Shown piece after piece: positions 19,350 through 28,259 of a DNA stretch of 64,000 nucleotides. How positions within the stretch are numbered: position 1 is the stretch's first letter; the number at the start of each line of letters is the position of its first letter. This DNA is from Clostridia bacterium. GTDB taxonomy: Bacteria > Bacillota > Sulfobacillia > JAJZYS01 > JAJYTV01. Under the pieces are notes generated by a model, which saw only the letters and a program-made list of their open reading frames with translations, searched no databases and had not been told where the DNA came from. A program made the position numbers and the translations under genes. The stretch is taken from the NCBI GenBank assembly GCA_027420455.1, contig DAIBJA010000023.1:6427-70426 (forward strand). Reading direction: 5' to 3'.

Positions 19350-20738
19350 ATGGCAATCTGGCAGGACTATCTCACCCATCACCGCGACCGCTTCCTGGCC
19401 GAGTTCCAGGAGCTTCTCGCCATTCCCAGCGTGTCCACGAATCCCGCCCGGATGACGGATGTGCGACGTGCAGCTGTCTTCACCGCCGATCGCCTGCGCC
19501 AGGCGGGCTTTTCAAACGCCGCCGTGCACGAGACGACCGGCCACCCCGTCGTCCTCGCGAGCTGGCTCGAAGCGCCGGGCAAACCCACGGTGCTCGTCTA
19601 CGGCCACTTCGACGTGCAGCCGCCCGAGCCGCTCGAGCTCTGGACATCGCCGCCGTTCGAACCCGAGGTGCGCGACGGGCGCATCTATGCGCGCGGCGCA
19701 AGCGACATGAAGGGCAATCTCATGCTGGCGGTCGCCGCATGCGAAGCCTGGCTGAAGACATCGGGACAGCTGCCGGTGAACGTCCGCTTCCTGCTCGAGG
19801 GAGAGGAGGAGGTCGGCAGCGCATCGCTGCCGGACTTCATCACGGCCCACCGGGACCTGCTCCAGGCGGACCTCGCCGTGAGCGCGGACTCGGGCCAGCC
19901 CGGCGAGGACCAGCCGATGCTGCTCACCGCCCTCAGGGGACTCACCGGTCTGCAGGTCGACGTGCGCACCGCCCGCACCGACCTGCACTCGGGGCTCTTG
20001 GGCGGCATCGCGCCGAACGCCCTGCACGCCATGGTGGAGATCCTCGGCTCGCTGCGCGACAGTGAGGGCCGCATCGCCGTCGCGGGATTCCACGACGACG
20101 TTCGTCCCTTGAGCGAGGCGGACCGCCGCGAGATCGCGGACATTCCGGACGACACGCCGCTGCTCCTTGGCTACGCCGGCATCGCGGCGGCGGTCGGCGA
20201 TCCGGACTACACGCCACGCGAGCGGAACTGGGTGCGGCCGACTCTCGACGTGAACGGCCTCTGGGGAGGCTACGAAGGCGAGGGCAGCAAGACGGTGATC
20301 CCCTGCGAGGCGCATGCCAAGATCACCTGCCGGCTCGTGCCCGACCAGGACCCGGCGCGGGTGCAGGAGCTCGTGCGCTCCCACATCCTGCGCCACGCGC
20401 CGCAGGGCGCCGAGGTTTCGTTCCAGTCCCTGGCGGGAGGGGCGCTGCCGTACCATATCCCGGACGACCACCCGGGGCAGGCGGCGGCGCAGCGGGCGCT
20501 GACGGCCCTCTACGGCAAGCCTCCGCTCCATTACCGCATGGGCGCCTCGGTGCCGATCACGGCCATGCTGCATGCGCTTCTCGGCATCCATACGGTGTCG
20601 TACGGCTTCGGCATGTTCGACGAGAACATGCACGCGCCGAACGAGTTCATGCGCCTGCGCAACTTCGAGCTGGGCCAGACCGGTTTTGCCCTGCTGCTCG
20701 AGGAACTCGGCCGCCAGCCGCGTCTCGGCGACGCCTGA
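19350..20738 (+). CDS. M20-family dipeptidase, copy 2 (paralog of 17503-18861)
   Basis: ATG at 19350 follows GGGAGG. MAIWQDYLTHHRDRFLAEFQELLAIPSVS..., with the same motif set as copy 1 (VLVYGHFDVQPPEP, ARGASDMKGN, LLEGEEEVGS). Confidence 0.85.
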   Translation: MAIWQDYLTHHRDRFLAEFQELLAIPSVSTNPARMTDVRRAAVFTADRLRQAGFSNAAVHETTGHPVVLASWLEAPGKPTVLVYGHFDVQPPEPLELWTSPPFEPEVRDGRIYARGASDMKGNLMLAVAACEAWLKTSGQLPVNVRFLLEGEEEVGSASLPDFITAHRDLLQADLAVSADSGQPGEDQPMLLTALRGLTGLQVDVRTARTDLHSGLLGGIAPNALHAMVEILGSLRDSEGRIAVAGFHDDVRPLSEADRREIADIPDDTPLLLGYAGIAAAVGDPDYTPRERNWVRPTLDVNGLWGGYEGEGSKTVIPCEAHAKITCRLVPDQDPARVQELVRSHILRHAPQGAEVSFQSLAGGALPYHIPDDHPGQAAAQRALTALYGKPPLHYRMGASVPITAMLHALLGIHTVSYGFGMFDENMHAPNEFMRLRNFELGQTGFALLLEELGRQPRLGDA

Positions 20739-20792
20739 GGCGTGGCGCGGATCACGTGCCAAGGCACATGGCGCACCCGGGAGAGACGCGAA

Positions 20793-20816
20793 GGAGCTGC
20801 CCCTGCGGGCAGCTCC
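20793..20816. terminator. Bidirectional hairpin between M20 copy 2 and trxA
   Basis: ggagctgccc-ctgc-gggcagctcc: a 10-bp perfect stem between convergent genes. Confidence 0.5.
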
Positions 20817-20858
20817 TCGCTTGTCCATCCGGGACATCCCCTTCAGCCGTGCGCGGCC

Positions 20859-21188
20859 TCAGGCCAAATTGCGCTCAAGCTCCTGACGCAGCTGGTTCTT
20901 TGGCCGGTAGCCGATGATCCGGTCCTTGAGCCGCCCCTCCTCGAACACCGCGAGCGTCGGGATGCTCATGATCCCGTAGGTCGAGGCGATCTGGGGGTTC
21001 TCGTCGACGTTCAGCTTGAGAACCTTGATGCGGTCCCCGAGCTCGCTCGCGAGTTCCTCCACAATCGGAGAGACCATACGGCAAGGGCCGCACCACTCGG
21101 CCCAGAAGTCCACCAACACAGGGCGATCCGCGCCCAATACCTCCGTGGCGAAGCTGTCCTCCGTCACGTTGCTGACCGCAGCACTCAA
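20859..21188 (-). CDS. trxA: Thioredoxin
   Basis: WCGPC active site (VDFWAEWCGPCRM). Proposed TTG start at 21186-21188 lies 6 nt after GGAGGG and gives 109 aa. The track ORF is longer. Confidence 0.9.
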   Translation of the reverse strand: MSAAVSNVTEDSFATEVLGADRPVLVDFWAEWCGPCRMVSPIVEELASELGDRIKVLKLNVDENPQIASTYGIMSIPTLAVFEEGRLKDRIIGYRPKNQLRQELERNLA

Positions 21189-21265
21189 ACCATTCCCTCC
21201 CAGCAATGCGTTACCCCCGGGGGTAGCGCGTCGTATTGACATGCTACGCCCGCGCCGCGCCACGG

Positions 21266-22369
21266 TCAAGGCGCCGGTGCACCGCCCAGGAAGTCTGCGA
21301 TCGCCTGCGCTATGCCGGGAATGGCTGCCGCGGCTTCCTGCGGCGTCGCTTGCGGTCCTCCGACATCGAGCGTCAGCATGGTGGGAGAAATCTGCTGGTT
21401 GAGGCGGTCGCTCGAGCGCACGACGCCGACGAAGACCTTGGGCAGCGACGTCTGGAGATAGGCGCCGAGGCTGCGCGCGAGCGCGAGGTTTTGTGCCGCG
21501 CGCGGCTGCGGCAGATTGGTGCCGGTGCCGACGACGAGCGTGACGCTCGCCACCTGGCGACCGTTCGCATCGATCGTCGGCGGCACCGACGGGAAGGTGG
21601 GGCGCTCGACGTCGAGCACGATCGCGAGCTGCGGCTGCGCCTTCAGGATGTTTTGCGCGACAACGTACGACTTGAGGTAGACGCCGAGTTCGCCTTCGCT
21701 GTCGTTCCTCTGCAACGATGCGATTGTCGGCACGCCGTCGGCGGCAAGATCCTGGCCCAGGCTCTCGACGAGGCCGAGCACATCGCGCGAGCTTTCGCTG
21801 CTCGTCGGGGGCGGCGCGTTCTGGGAGGCGGGTCGGCCCACGAAGGCGGCGAGACCTTCCGTGGCATAGAGGCCCACCAGCGGTGTGCCGCTGCCGTATG
21901 TGCGCATGTTGTCGGGCAGTTTTTTCGGCGTGCTGGCTGCAGCCTTCGGCAGGGCGCCGAGCCAGGCGCTCCAGGACACGGAGCCCGCCTTCGCGGCGCC
22001 TGGCGTGAAACCGAAGCCGGCAAAGGCGCTCTCGAATATGCTGGCCGGATCATGGGGGATGATGCCGACGAGGGCATAGAGCGAGAGCGAGGCGACCTGC
22101 GCACTCGCCAGCCCGAACGGACCCGTGGCCGGACGCATGCTGCCGAGCGTCGGCAGTCCTTCGCCGAGAAGGTAGCGCAGGCTCGACGCCGGCAGAGGCA
22201 GACTGCGGTTCACGGCCTGGCTGCTCCAGGCGTCCCCGGCGAGCGTGGGCACGACGGCCGGTCCGTGTGCGTAGAGCATCAACCCAAGGAGGAACAGCAG
22301 CGGCACGCTGGCCTGCCGCAAGGAGACGCGCGCTAGGCTGCGAAGGTCGCGTAGCTGCAAACGAGCCAC
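21266..22369 (-). CDS. spoIIP: Stage II sporulation protein P (SpoIIP-like)
   Basis: 367 aa: N-terminal TM helix, a long linker, and a C-terminal SpoIIP-type domain (VGLYATEG...LAIVLDVER...TLVVGTG). Divergent from rpsT, the expected neighbourhood; no gpr lies between them. Confidence 0.65.
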   Translation of the reverse strand: MARLQLRDLRSLARVSLRQASVPLLFLLGLMLYAHGPAVVPTLAGDAWSSQAVNRSLPLPASSLRYLLGEGLPTLGSMRPATGPFGLASAQVASLSLYALVGIIPHDPASIFESAFAGFGFTPGAAKAGSVSWSAWLGALPKAAASTPKKLPDNMRTYGSGTPLVGLYATEGLAAFVGRPASQNAPPPTSSESSRDVLGLVESLGQDLAADGVPTIASLQRNDSEGELGVYLKSYVVAQNILKAQPQLAIVLDVERPTFPSVPPTIDANGRQVASVTLVVGTGTNLPQPRAAQNLALARSLGAYLQTSLPKVFVGVVRSSDRLNQQISPTMLTLDVGGPQATPQEAAAAIPGIAQAIADFLGGAPAP

Positions 22370-22450
22370 CTCCCTACGGCTCTATGCCCAATCACCTCGC
22401 ACCAGAAGCCGCCTCGCCCACCGCATGGACTTCCCTTGTCCGCCAAGCCA

Positions 22451-22459
22451 TGCTAGAAT
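22451..22459 (+). promoter_or_regulatory. Extended -10 promoter element of rpsT
   Basis: TGCTAGAAT (TGn + TAGAAT) about 20 nt upstream of the rpsT SD. No good -35. Confidence 0.45.
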
Positions 22460-22481
22460 GCCATGTCGGAGGTGGAGACGC

Positions 22482-22742
22482 TTGGCCAACATCAAGTCCG
22501 CAAAGAAGCGGGCGGCACTGGCGGAGGTGCGGCGGCTCAGGAATCGTGCCGTACGTTCCACGGTGCACACGGCGGTCCGGCACTTCGAGCGGGCTGTGGC
22601 CACTGGTGCGGGGGCTTCCGAGCAGGAGTTCCGGGAAGCCTGCCGTCAACTCGATCGGGCGGTGACCCGCGGCGTGCTGCATCGCAACGCTGCCGCCCGA
22701 AAGAAGTCGCGCCTCGCCAAGAAGCTTTCGCTCTCGTCCTGA
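22482..22742 (+). CDS. rpsT: 30S ribosomal protein S20
   Basis: TTG start after GGAGGTGGAG. (M)ANIKSAKKRAALAEVRRLRNRAVRSTV... is the classical S20 N-terminus. 86 aa. Confidence 0.9.
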   Translation: MANIKSAKKRAALAEVRRLRNRAVRSTVHTAVRHFERAVATGAGASEQEFREACRQLDRAVTRGVLHRNAAARKKSRLAKKLSLSS

Positions 22743-22754
22743 ACCGTGTGCAGG

Positions 22755-22780
22755 GCCGCCCCCGAACGTTCGGGGGCGGC
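22755..22780. terminator. Bidirectional terminator between rpsT and holA
   Basis: A 26-nt perfect palindrome gccgcccccgaacgttcgggggcggc followed by TTTG. Confidence 0.7.
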
Positions 22781-22815
22781 TTTGCCGTATGCCTGGCCCG
22801 ATATCCTCTGGCCCT

Positions 22816-23814
22816 TCAGCGCCCCGCCATGGCGACGCGCAGGAGACCAACCTCCAGCGCCACCGACGGCCTGCCGCCGGATTTGAGCGCGACATCGCAG
22901 CGCAGAAGCTCCTTGAAGGCCTGGGCGATGGCCGCCTCGCTCCAGCGTGGCGCCGCCTCGCCGAGCTTCTGGGCAACAAAGGGATGTGCTCCGAGCAGCT
23001 TGGCGAGTTCCGCGGCCGAGCGGCCGGCGGCGAGTTCCGCCCGCGCGGAGGCGAGCTGCCGCATCTGTCGCGCCACAAGCGCCAAGAGGCCGAGCGGCGC
23101 CTCTCCGTGCGACGTCAGGTGTTGAACGGCCTGCGCCACTCCCCCCGGACGCCGCTGGAGGATCGCATCGGTCAGGGCGAACACCCGCATCTCCGCCTGC
23201 GGCGGAGCCGCCCAGGCGGCAATCTCGGCAGAGACCGGCCGATCCCCCGCGCTGGCCAGGGCCGCCACGGTCAGGGCGGTCGCGAGGCCGTCGACATCGA
23301 GGCCGCTCTCGAGAAACGCCCGGCTGGCCGCAGGCGCAAGCGTCACATCCTCCCTGTGCGCCAGTTCGCCGAGCCATGCCGGCAGGTCGCGTCCCACCTC
23401 CGCGGCGAGCAGCCAGCCGCGCTCGCCAGCCCTGCGCAGAGGCGCGAGCCTGCGGTCCGCCTCCGACGCCCAGACGAACAGCGTTGCCCCGAGGGGCGGT
23501 CGCTCGGCATAGTCGAGGAGCGCCTTGGCCTCCAGCCCGCGCTCGCGGGCGCCTCGGCCCTCCGCGCCGGTCAAGGCGCCGCAGCGCCAGGCGGCCACGA
23601 GCCTGCGGTCCCCGAAAAAGGATGGCGTCGCCGCGAGGTCGCACGCCTCACGCAGTTGCCCATCGCCAAAGCCGACCCGCTCCACCTCATCCTCGCGTCC
23701 TTCGGCCAGCACGGAGAGCGCCATCTCTGCGAGCTTGGCCGACGGGCCGATGCAGACGACCAGGGGAGCTCCGCGCAGGTCCCCTGCCGCCTTCAGAAAC
23801 TCCCGCGGGCCCAT
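22816..23814 (-). CDS. holA: DNA polymerase III delta subunit
   Basis: Start at ATG 23812-23814 (MGPREFLKAAGDLRGAPLVV...), 332 aa. HolA-like layout and position convergent with rpsT. Confidence 0.75.
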   Translation of the reverse strand: MGPREFLKAAGDLRGAPLVVCIGPSAKLAEMALSVLAEGREDEVERVGFGDGQLREACDLAATPSFFGDRRLVAAWRCGALTGAEGRGARERGLEAKALLDYAERPPLGATLFVWASEADRRLAPLRRAGERGWLLAAEVGRDLPAWLGELAHREDVTLAPAASRAFLESGLDVDGLATALTVAALASAGDRPVSAEIAAWAAPPQAEMRVFALTDAILQRRPGGVAQAVQHLTSHGEAPLGLLALVARQMRQLASARAELAAGRSAAELAKLLGAHPFVAQKLGEAAPRWSEAAIAQAFKELLRCDVALKSGGRPSVALEVGLLRVAMAGR

Positions 23815-23935
23815 GTGCACCGCCCTCCCTGCACTGGAGCGCCCTTCTCCTGGCCGCGCCGTCTCCCCCACTCTAGCATGAAGCGCCGCGCGACTGCTCT
23901 CATGAGCTCGCGCGGCGCCTCCCGTGTTTTCGAAA

Positions 23936-25432
23936 CTAGGCCGTGGTCCTGTGCTCACGGCGGAGCGCATGCTGGACCGCCGCTCGCATGGCGGCAGCGG
24001 TGTACGGCTTCGGCACGACATCCGCGATGCCGAGACGCTCGATCTCGTCGCTGCCAAGTCCATCCATGCGACCGCTTGAGATCAGGATGGGCAGGTCGGG
24101 ATCGAGCTCGCGCAGATGCCGCCCCGCCTCCTCTCCACCCATGCCGCCCGGCACCGTCAGGTCCAGGATCGCGAGCTGGAACGGGCGATCTGCGCTGCGC
24201 GCCTGGCGGAACAGCGTGAGAGCGGCGTAGCCGTCCGCCGACTCGCTGACGTCATAGTGGGCATGCTCCAGGATGCGACGCGCCACGGCGCGCACCGGCT
24301 GTTCGTCATCCATGAGCAGGATGCGTGGCCTGATGCCTGCCTCGGGCGCGGGTGGCTGCAGCGGCAGTCTGAACCTGAGCGCCTGTCCGCCGCTCGTCGC
24401 CTTGATGTTCACCCGACCGCCGAGGGATGCCAGGAGGCGATGCAGCCGGCCCTGGGCCAGCTGGACGTCGTCGTCCTGCTCGCCCCGACCTCCGGACCAG
24501 CCGATGGCTATCTCGATCTCCGCGGGCGTCTCTCCTGGCGCAACATCGGCCTGCAGCCAGACAGGGCTGTGCTCGCCGATGAGGCCGAACACGGCATGGC
24601 CCGTGCGCACCACGAGCCGCCGCAGAAGCCTCGGCTCGATCTCCCTCAGGGCCTGGCGCACTGCCGCCGACACCGTCCAACCGGCGATTGGCCACTTTGC
24701 CGAGAGCGCCAGCGGCTCAGATCGGCCCGTGAGAGCCGCGGTTCGCAGGCGGCCCGGCAGACCCTCCGTAATACGTTTGGCCTCAAGCGCGCCCGCCTGT
24801 GCCGTCAGAAGGAGTTCCGCAGTCTGACCGTCAGCCTCCTCGACGGCCATGCTGAGGCTGCCGAGGAGGACACTCAGGGCGTTGTTGTATTCGTGCACGA
24901 GACGGCGGCTCTCCCGCTGCACCCAGGCAGGCGGACCCTCCTGCCGCTCGTCGGCGGGCTGCGCGCGGACGCGGCACAAGACCCCCGCGATGCGGCCCTC
25001 GGCGTCTCGGATCGGCTTCATGTCGAGGCGCCCCTGCCGGGCCTGTCCCGCAGCAGCGCACAGAGGCAGAGCCGTGTCCTCCATGCCACTTCCGTGCAGG
25101 GTGACATCGATGCCCTCGCGCAATGTGGAGAGACAGCTCTCCGGCGTACCCTGGATCTTCCCGGCAACCCCCATCCCCTTGCGCAGCCCGAGCAGGGCGA
25201 CGGCGTGCGCATTCGACTCCGCGACCACGCCATCGGACCCGAAAACCACCACGGCGTCCTGGGCCTGCTGGAAGGCGTGCCTCAGAAGTACCGCGCCCCG
25301 TCTCTCACGCACCTCGTCCAGGGACTCGCTCGCTGCCGGCCCTGGGTTGCCCCAGAGCCACCCCTGCTCCAGGGTCGTCGTGCGTCTTCCCGCCTTGCTG
25401 CCCCTTCTGCGGCCCGGGGAAGCGGTGCTCAT
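23936..25432 (-). CDS. PAS / DHp(H-box) / degenerate ATPase-like region / receiver: hybrid sensor kinase paralog that probably cannot bind ATP
   Basis: ATG at 25430-25432 follows GAGAGGGGA. H-box LVHEYNNALSVLLGS; C-terminal receiver RILLMDDE...ILDLTVPGGMGG...VPKPY. The region aligned to the HATPase domain of the 29869-32853 paralog shows no N, G1 or G2 box by eye. Confidence 0.7.
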   Translation of the reverse strand: MSTASPGRRRGSKAGRRTTTLEQGWLWGNPGPAASESLDEVRERRGAVLLRHAFQQAQDAVVVFGSDGVVAESNAHAVALLGLRKGMGVAGKIQGTPESCLSTLREGIDVTLHGSGMEDTALPLCAAAGQARQGRLDMKPIRDAEGRIAGVLCRVRAQPADERQEGPPAWVQRESRRLVHEYNNALSVLLGSLSMAVEEADGQTAELLLTAQAGALEAKRITEGLPGRLRTAALTGRSEPLALSAKWPIAGWTVSAAVRQALREIEPRLLRRLVVRTGHAVFGLIGEHSPVWLQADVAPGETPAEIEIAIGWSGGRGEQDDDVQLAQGRLHRLLASLGGRVNIKATSGGQALRFRLPLQPPAPEAGIRPRILLMDDEQPVRAVARRILEHAHYDVSESADGYAALTLFRQARSADRPFQLAILDLTVPGGMGGEEAGRHLRELDPDLPILISSGRMDGLGSDEIERLGIADVVPKPYTAAAMRAAVQHALRREHRTTA

Positions 25433-25611
25433 CACGATCCCCTCTCTCGTATGCGGGGTGCCGGCAGAAACCAACAAGGATTGCCGTCGCGCCGCAAGGA
25501 ATTGCGGCTTGGATTCAGGATAGATCGGTCAATTTGGCACCGCGTGTCGAACGGGAGCGTGTCGAACGATTTCGCCCCGGGAGATCCGGCTCGCGTGCGG
25601 GAGGTTGGTCC

Positions 25612-26430
25612 ATGTTCGTGTCGTATCCTGGCGGCCTGTGGCTCCAGTCGTCCCTTCTCTGGCAGACCCAATGCGCAGTCATGGCGTCGCAAGGCGCCGT
25701 CCTCGTAATGGACCCGGGATTCTTCCCGCACGAGGTGCAGGCGGCCCGAGAATGCGCGGCCAACGCCGCCGCGGTCGCTGGCGAGCGTCTGCTCGTCCTG
25801 AGCCACAGCGACTTCGATCACATCGTCGGCGTGCCCTCGTTCCCCGACTGGACAGTCGTCGCATCGTCCCGCTGGGATCGGCGCAACGAGCGCAGGGCCC
25901 GCCAGGCCCTGCGCTCGTTCGACGAGGGATACTACATCGTCCGCGACCGTCCCCTCACCCGGCCGGTCCGCCCGGACCGGCCCATTCAGCGCGACGGCGA
26001 GGAGCTCGCCGGTTGTCGCTTCTACCTTCTGGCTGGTCACACGCGCGACGGACTCGCCTGCTACCACCCGGGCAGCGGAGCCCTGATCGTCGGCGACTAT
26101 CTCTCGGACTGCGAGTTCCCCTTCATCTACGTGAGCGCCATCGCCTACCGCGAAACCCTGGCGAAGCTCGCCCGCCTGGCGGAGGACCTGGTCCCGTCCC
26201 TGCTCGTCTCCCAGCACGGCCAGCCCGCGGTCGGCAGAGATGCCATCAGGCGGCGCCTCGAGGAGTCGTCAGACTACCTCGAGCGCCTGATCGGTGCGGC
26301 GACTACCGCCGGCAGCGCGGCAGAACTCGAGCGCGCCACGCGCAACGCCTGGCGCGCGGGGGTGCCAGACGCCATCCGCGGCTCCCACCGCCGCAATGCG
26401 CGCATTGCCTGGCGCGAATTCCACACCTAG
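25612..26430 (+). CDS. MBL-fold metallo-hydrolase (variant metal motif)
   Basis: ATG follows GGGAGG; 272 aa. LLVLSHSDFDH sits in place of the canonical HxHxDH; a later His is present (AGHTRDG). Confidence 0.6.
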   Translation: MFVSYPGGLWLQSSLLWQTQCAVMASQGAVLVMDPGFFPHEVQAARECAANAAAVAGERLLVLSHSDFDHIVGVPSFPDWTVVASSRWDRRNERRARQALRSFDEGYYIVRDRPLTRPVRPDRPIQRDGEELAGCRFYLLAGHTRDGLACYHPGSGALIVGDYLSDCEFPFIYVSAIAYRETLAKLARLAEDLVPSLLVSQHGQPAVGRDAIRRRLEESSDYLERLIGAATTAGSAAELERATRNAWRAGVPDAIRGSHRRNARIAWREFHT

Positions 26431-27368
26431 ATCTCGAGCACGATCTTCCCCATCGCTCCCGTAGCCATGACCGCCGCATGCGCCCGGGCCGCGTCGGCCA
26501 GCGGGAAACTCTGCGCGACGACGGGCCGCAGCCATCCGGCTGCGAGGCCCGCCCCAAGCCGCAGGTGGATGCGGCGCAGCGCCTGGGGCGGTGTCTGGAA
26601 GAGCAGCAGGCCCCGTACCGCGCCACCCGTGCGCATCAGGTCCCGGGGATTCACCTCGACGGGTCCGCGCGATCCGATCACCACGATGGTCCCGCCAGGG
26701 GCCAATTGAAGCAGGTCGCGGCCGAGGTTGCGGTCCGCGGCCATCTCGAGGATCGCGTCGAAGTTCCGGCCGCCGAAGGCCGCACGCGCCTCGTCGTAGG
26801 AGCCGTGCGCCACCGCTGCGGCTCCCATCTCCCGCAACATCCGCCGTCCGGCCTCGCTCGACGAGGTGGCCACCACATCGATGCCGAGCCCGCGGCAAAT
26901 CTGCACCGCCGCCGTGCCGACGCCACCGCTGCCGCCGTGCACGAGCGCGAGGTCTCCCGCCTGCAATCCCGCCAGGTCGATGGCTCGGAGGGCGGTCGCG
27001 TAGGGCACGCCAAGCGCGGCACCCTGGCCGAAGCTGATGCCGTCGGGCAGTGGGTGCACGCCGCCGCCGGGGCAGAGCGCGTACTCCGCGTAGCTTGGGC
27101 AGCCGGCGACGTAAACGCGCTGACCTGGCTGAAAGTCCTCGAGCCCCGCGCCGACTTCAGCCACGACGCCCGCGCCGTCGCCGCCAGGCGTGTACGGCAG
27201 ACTCGGCAAGGGATCGTAGTTGCCGGATCGGATGTAGGTCTCGACAGGGTTGACGCCAGCTGCGTGGATGCGCACGAGCAGCTGGCCGGGGCCCGGAGTC
27301 GGCACTCGGGTCTCCTCGATCTGCAGAACCTCGGGACCACCGAAGCGTCGTACAACGATCGCCTTCAT
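26427..27368 (-). CDS. qor: NADPH:quinone oxidoreductase / zeta-crystallin-type MDR
   Basis: ATG 27366-27368 follows AAGGAGG. MKAIVVRRFGGPEVLQIEETRVPTPGPGQLLVRIHAAGVNPVETYIRSG; cofactor motif VHGGSGGVG. Confidence 0.85.
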   Translation of the reverse strand: MKAIVVRRFGGPEVLQIEETRVPTPGPGQLLVRIHAAGVNPVETYIRSGNYDPLPSLPYTPGGDGAGVVAEVGAGLEDFQPGQRVYVAGCPSYAEYALCPGGGVHPLPDGISFGQGAALGVPYATALRAIDLAGLQAGDLALVHGGSGGVGTAAVQICRGLGIDVVATSSSEAGRRMLREMGAAAVAHGSYDEARAAFGGRNFDAILEMAADRNLGRDLLQLAPGGTIVVIGSRGPVEVNPRDLMRTGGAVRGLLLFQTPPQALRRIHLRLGAGLAAGWLRPVVAQSFPLADAARAHAAVMATGAMGKIVLEI

Positions 27369-27369
27369 C

Positions 27370-28098
27370 TCAGTCCTCCTTCTTCGCGGAGTCGAGCGGC
27401 GGTTGCTCCGCCACAGGGTCCACCAGCGCAAGAAGCAGGCGTGCGAGCTCCTTCGGCGCCTCCGCAGGCGCCCTGTGCCCGCACGCGATCTGGTCGACGG
27501 GGACGCCCTCCGCGGCGAGGGTTCGGATCGCATCCGCGATGGGACGGTAGAACGGCAGCGGCGCGCGTGCCGTGCACTCCACCACCCTGCGCGGCACGCG
27601 CGGCGGGTGGCGCAGGAGGAGCGGCTGCATCAGTGTCGCGAGCGGCTGCTCTCCGAGGCGCATGTCCTCGGGCGGCAGCGGCGGGCTTAGGCGCCAGCCC
27701 TCGCCATAGGCCCGGGCTTCGCCCACCAGCTGCTCGGCGATGGGGGTGTCACGGAAGAGGTCCAGGAGCGACTGCCCACTCTGCGGCAGGTACGGGTCGA
27801 GCAGGACCAGCAGGCGGATGCGCTCCGGCGCGTCATCGGCGACGCCCGTCGCAACAATGGCGCCATAGCCGTGTCCGACCAGCACCACGTCCTGGAGGTC
27901 TTCGTAGACCAGGGTCTGCAGAACATCCTGGCGATGGAGCGCGAGATCGACGCCGCGATGGCCAAGATGCCGGCGCTCGCCGAGTCCGGTCAGCGTCGGC
28001 CGGTAGACCTTGTGGCCGGCCGAGATAAGCGCCTGGGCAACCTCGTAAAAGGCCCAGCCGCCTTCCCATGCGTCGTGGCACAGCACGAACGTGGCCAA
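27370..28098 (-). CDS. Alpha/beta-hydrolase fold protein (SABP2/methylesterase-like) with Gly in place of the nucleophile Ser
   Basis: Proposed TTG start at 28096-28098 follows GGAAGGAAGGA. (M)ATFVLCHDAWEGGWAFYEVAQALISAGHKV. The nucleophile elbow reads VLVGHGYGA where GHSxG is expected. Confidence 0.6.
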   Translation of the reverse strand: MATFVLCHDAWEGGWAFYEVAQALISAGHKVYRPTLTGLGERRHLGHRGVDLALHRQDVLQTLVYEDLQDVVLVGHGYGAIVATGVADDAPERIRLLVLLDPYLPQSGQSLLDLFRDTPIAEQLVGEARAYGEGWRLSPPLPPEDMRLGEQPLATLMQPLLLRHPPRVPRRVVECTARAPLPFYRPIADAIRTLAAEGVPVDQIACGHRAPAEAPKELARLLLALVDPVAEQPPLDSAKKED

Positions 28099-28259
28099 GC
28101 AATCCTTCCTTCCCCCTGGGATGACTCCTGGTTCCGCTTGGTTCGTGATCAGCACCTAAGGCCCCTGCGTCTGGTCTCCCCGGCGGCGGGCAGAGGTGGT
28201 ACACCAGAGGTGCAGGAGCCCGCCGCGACGAGGGCCCTTGCGCGAGGAGGCGCATCCGC

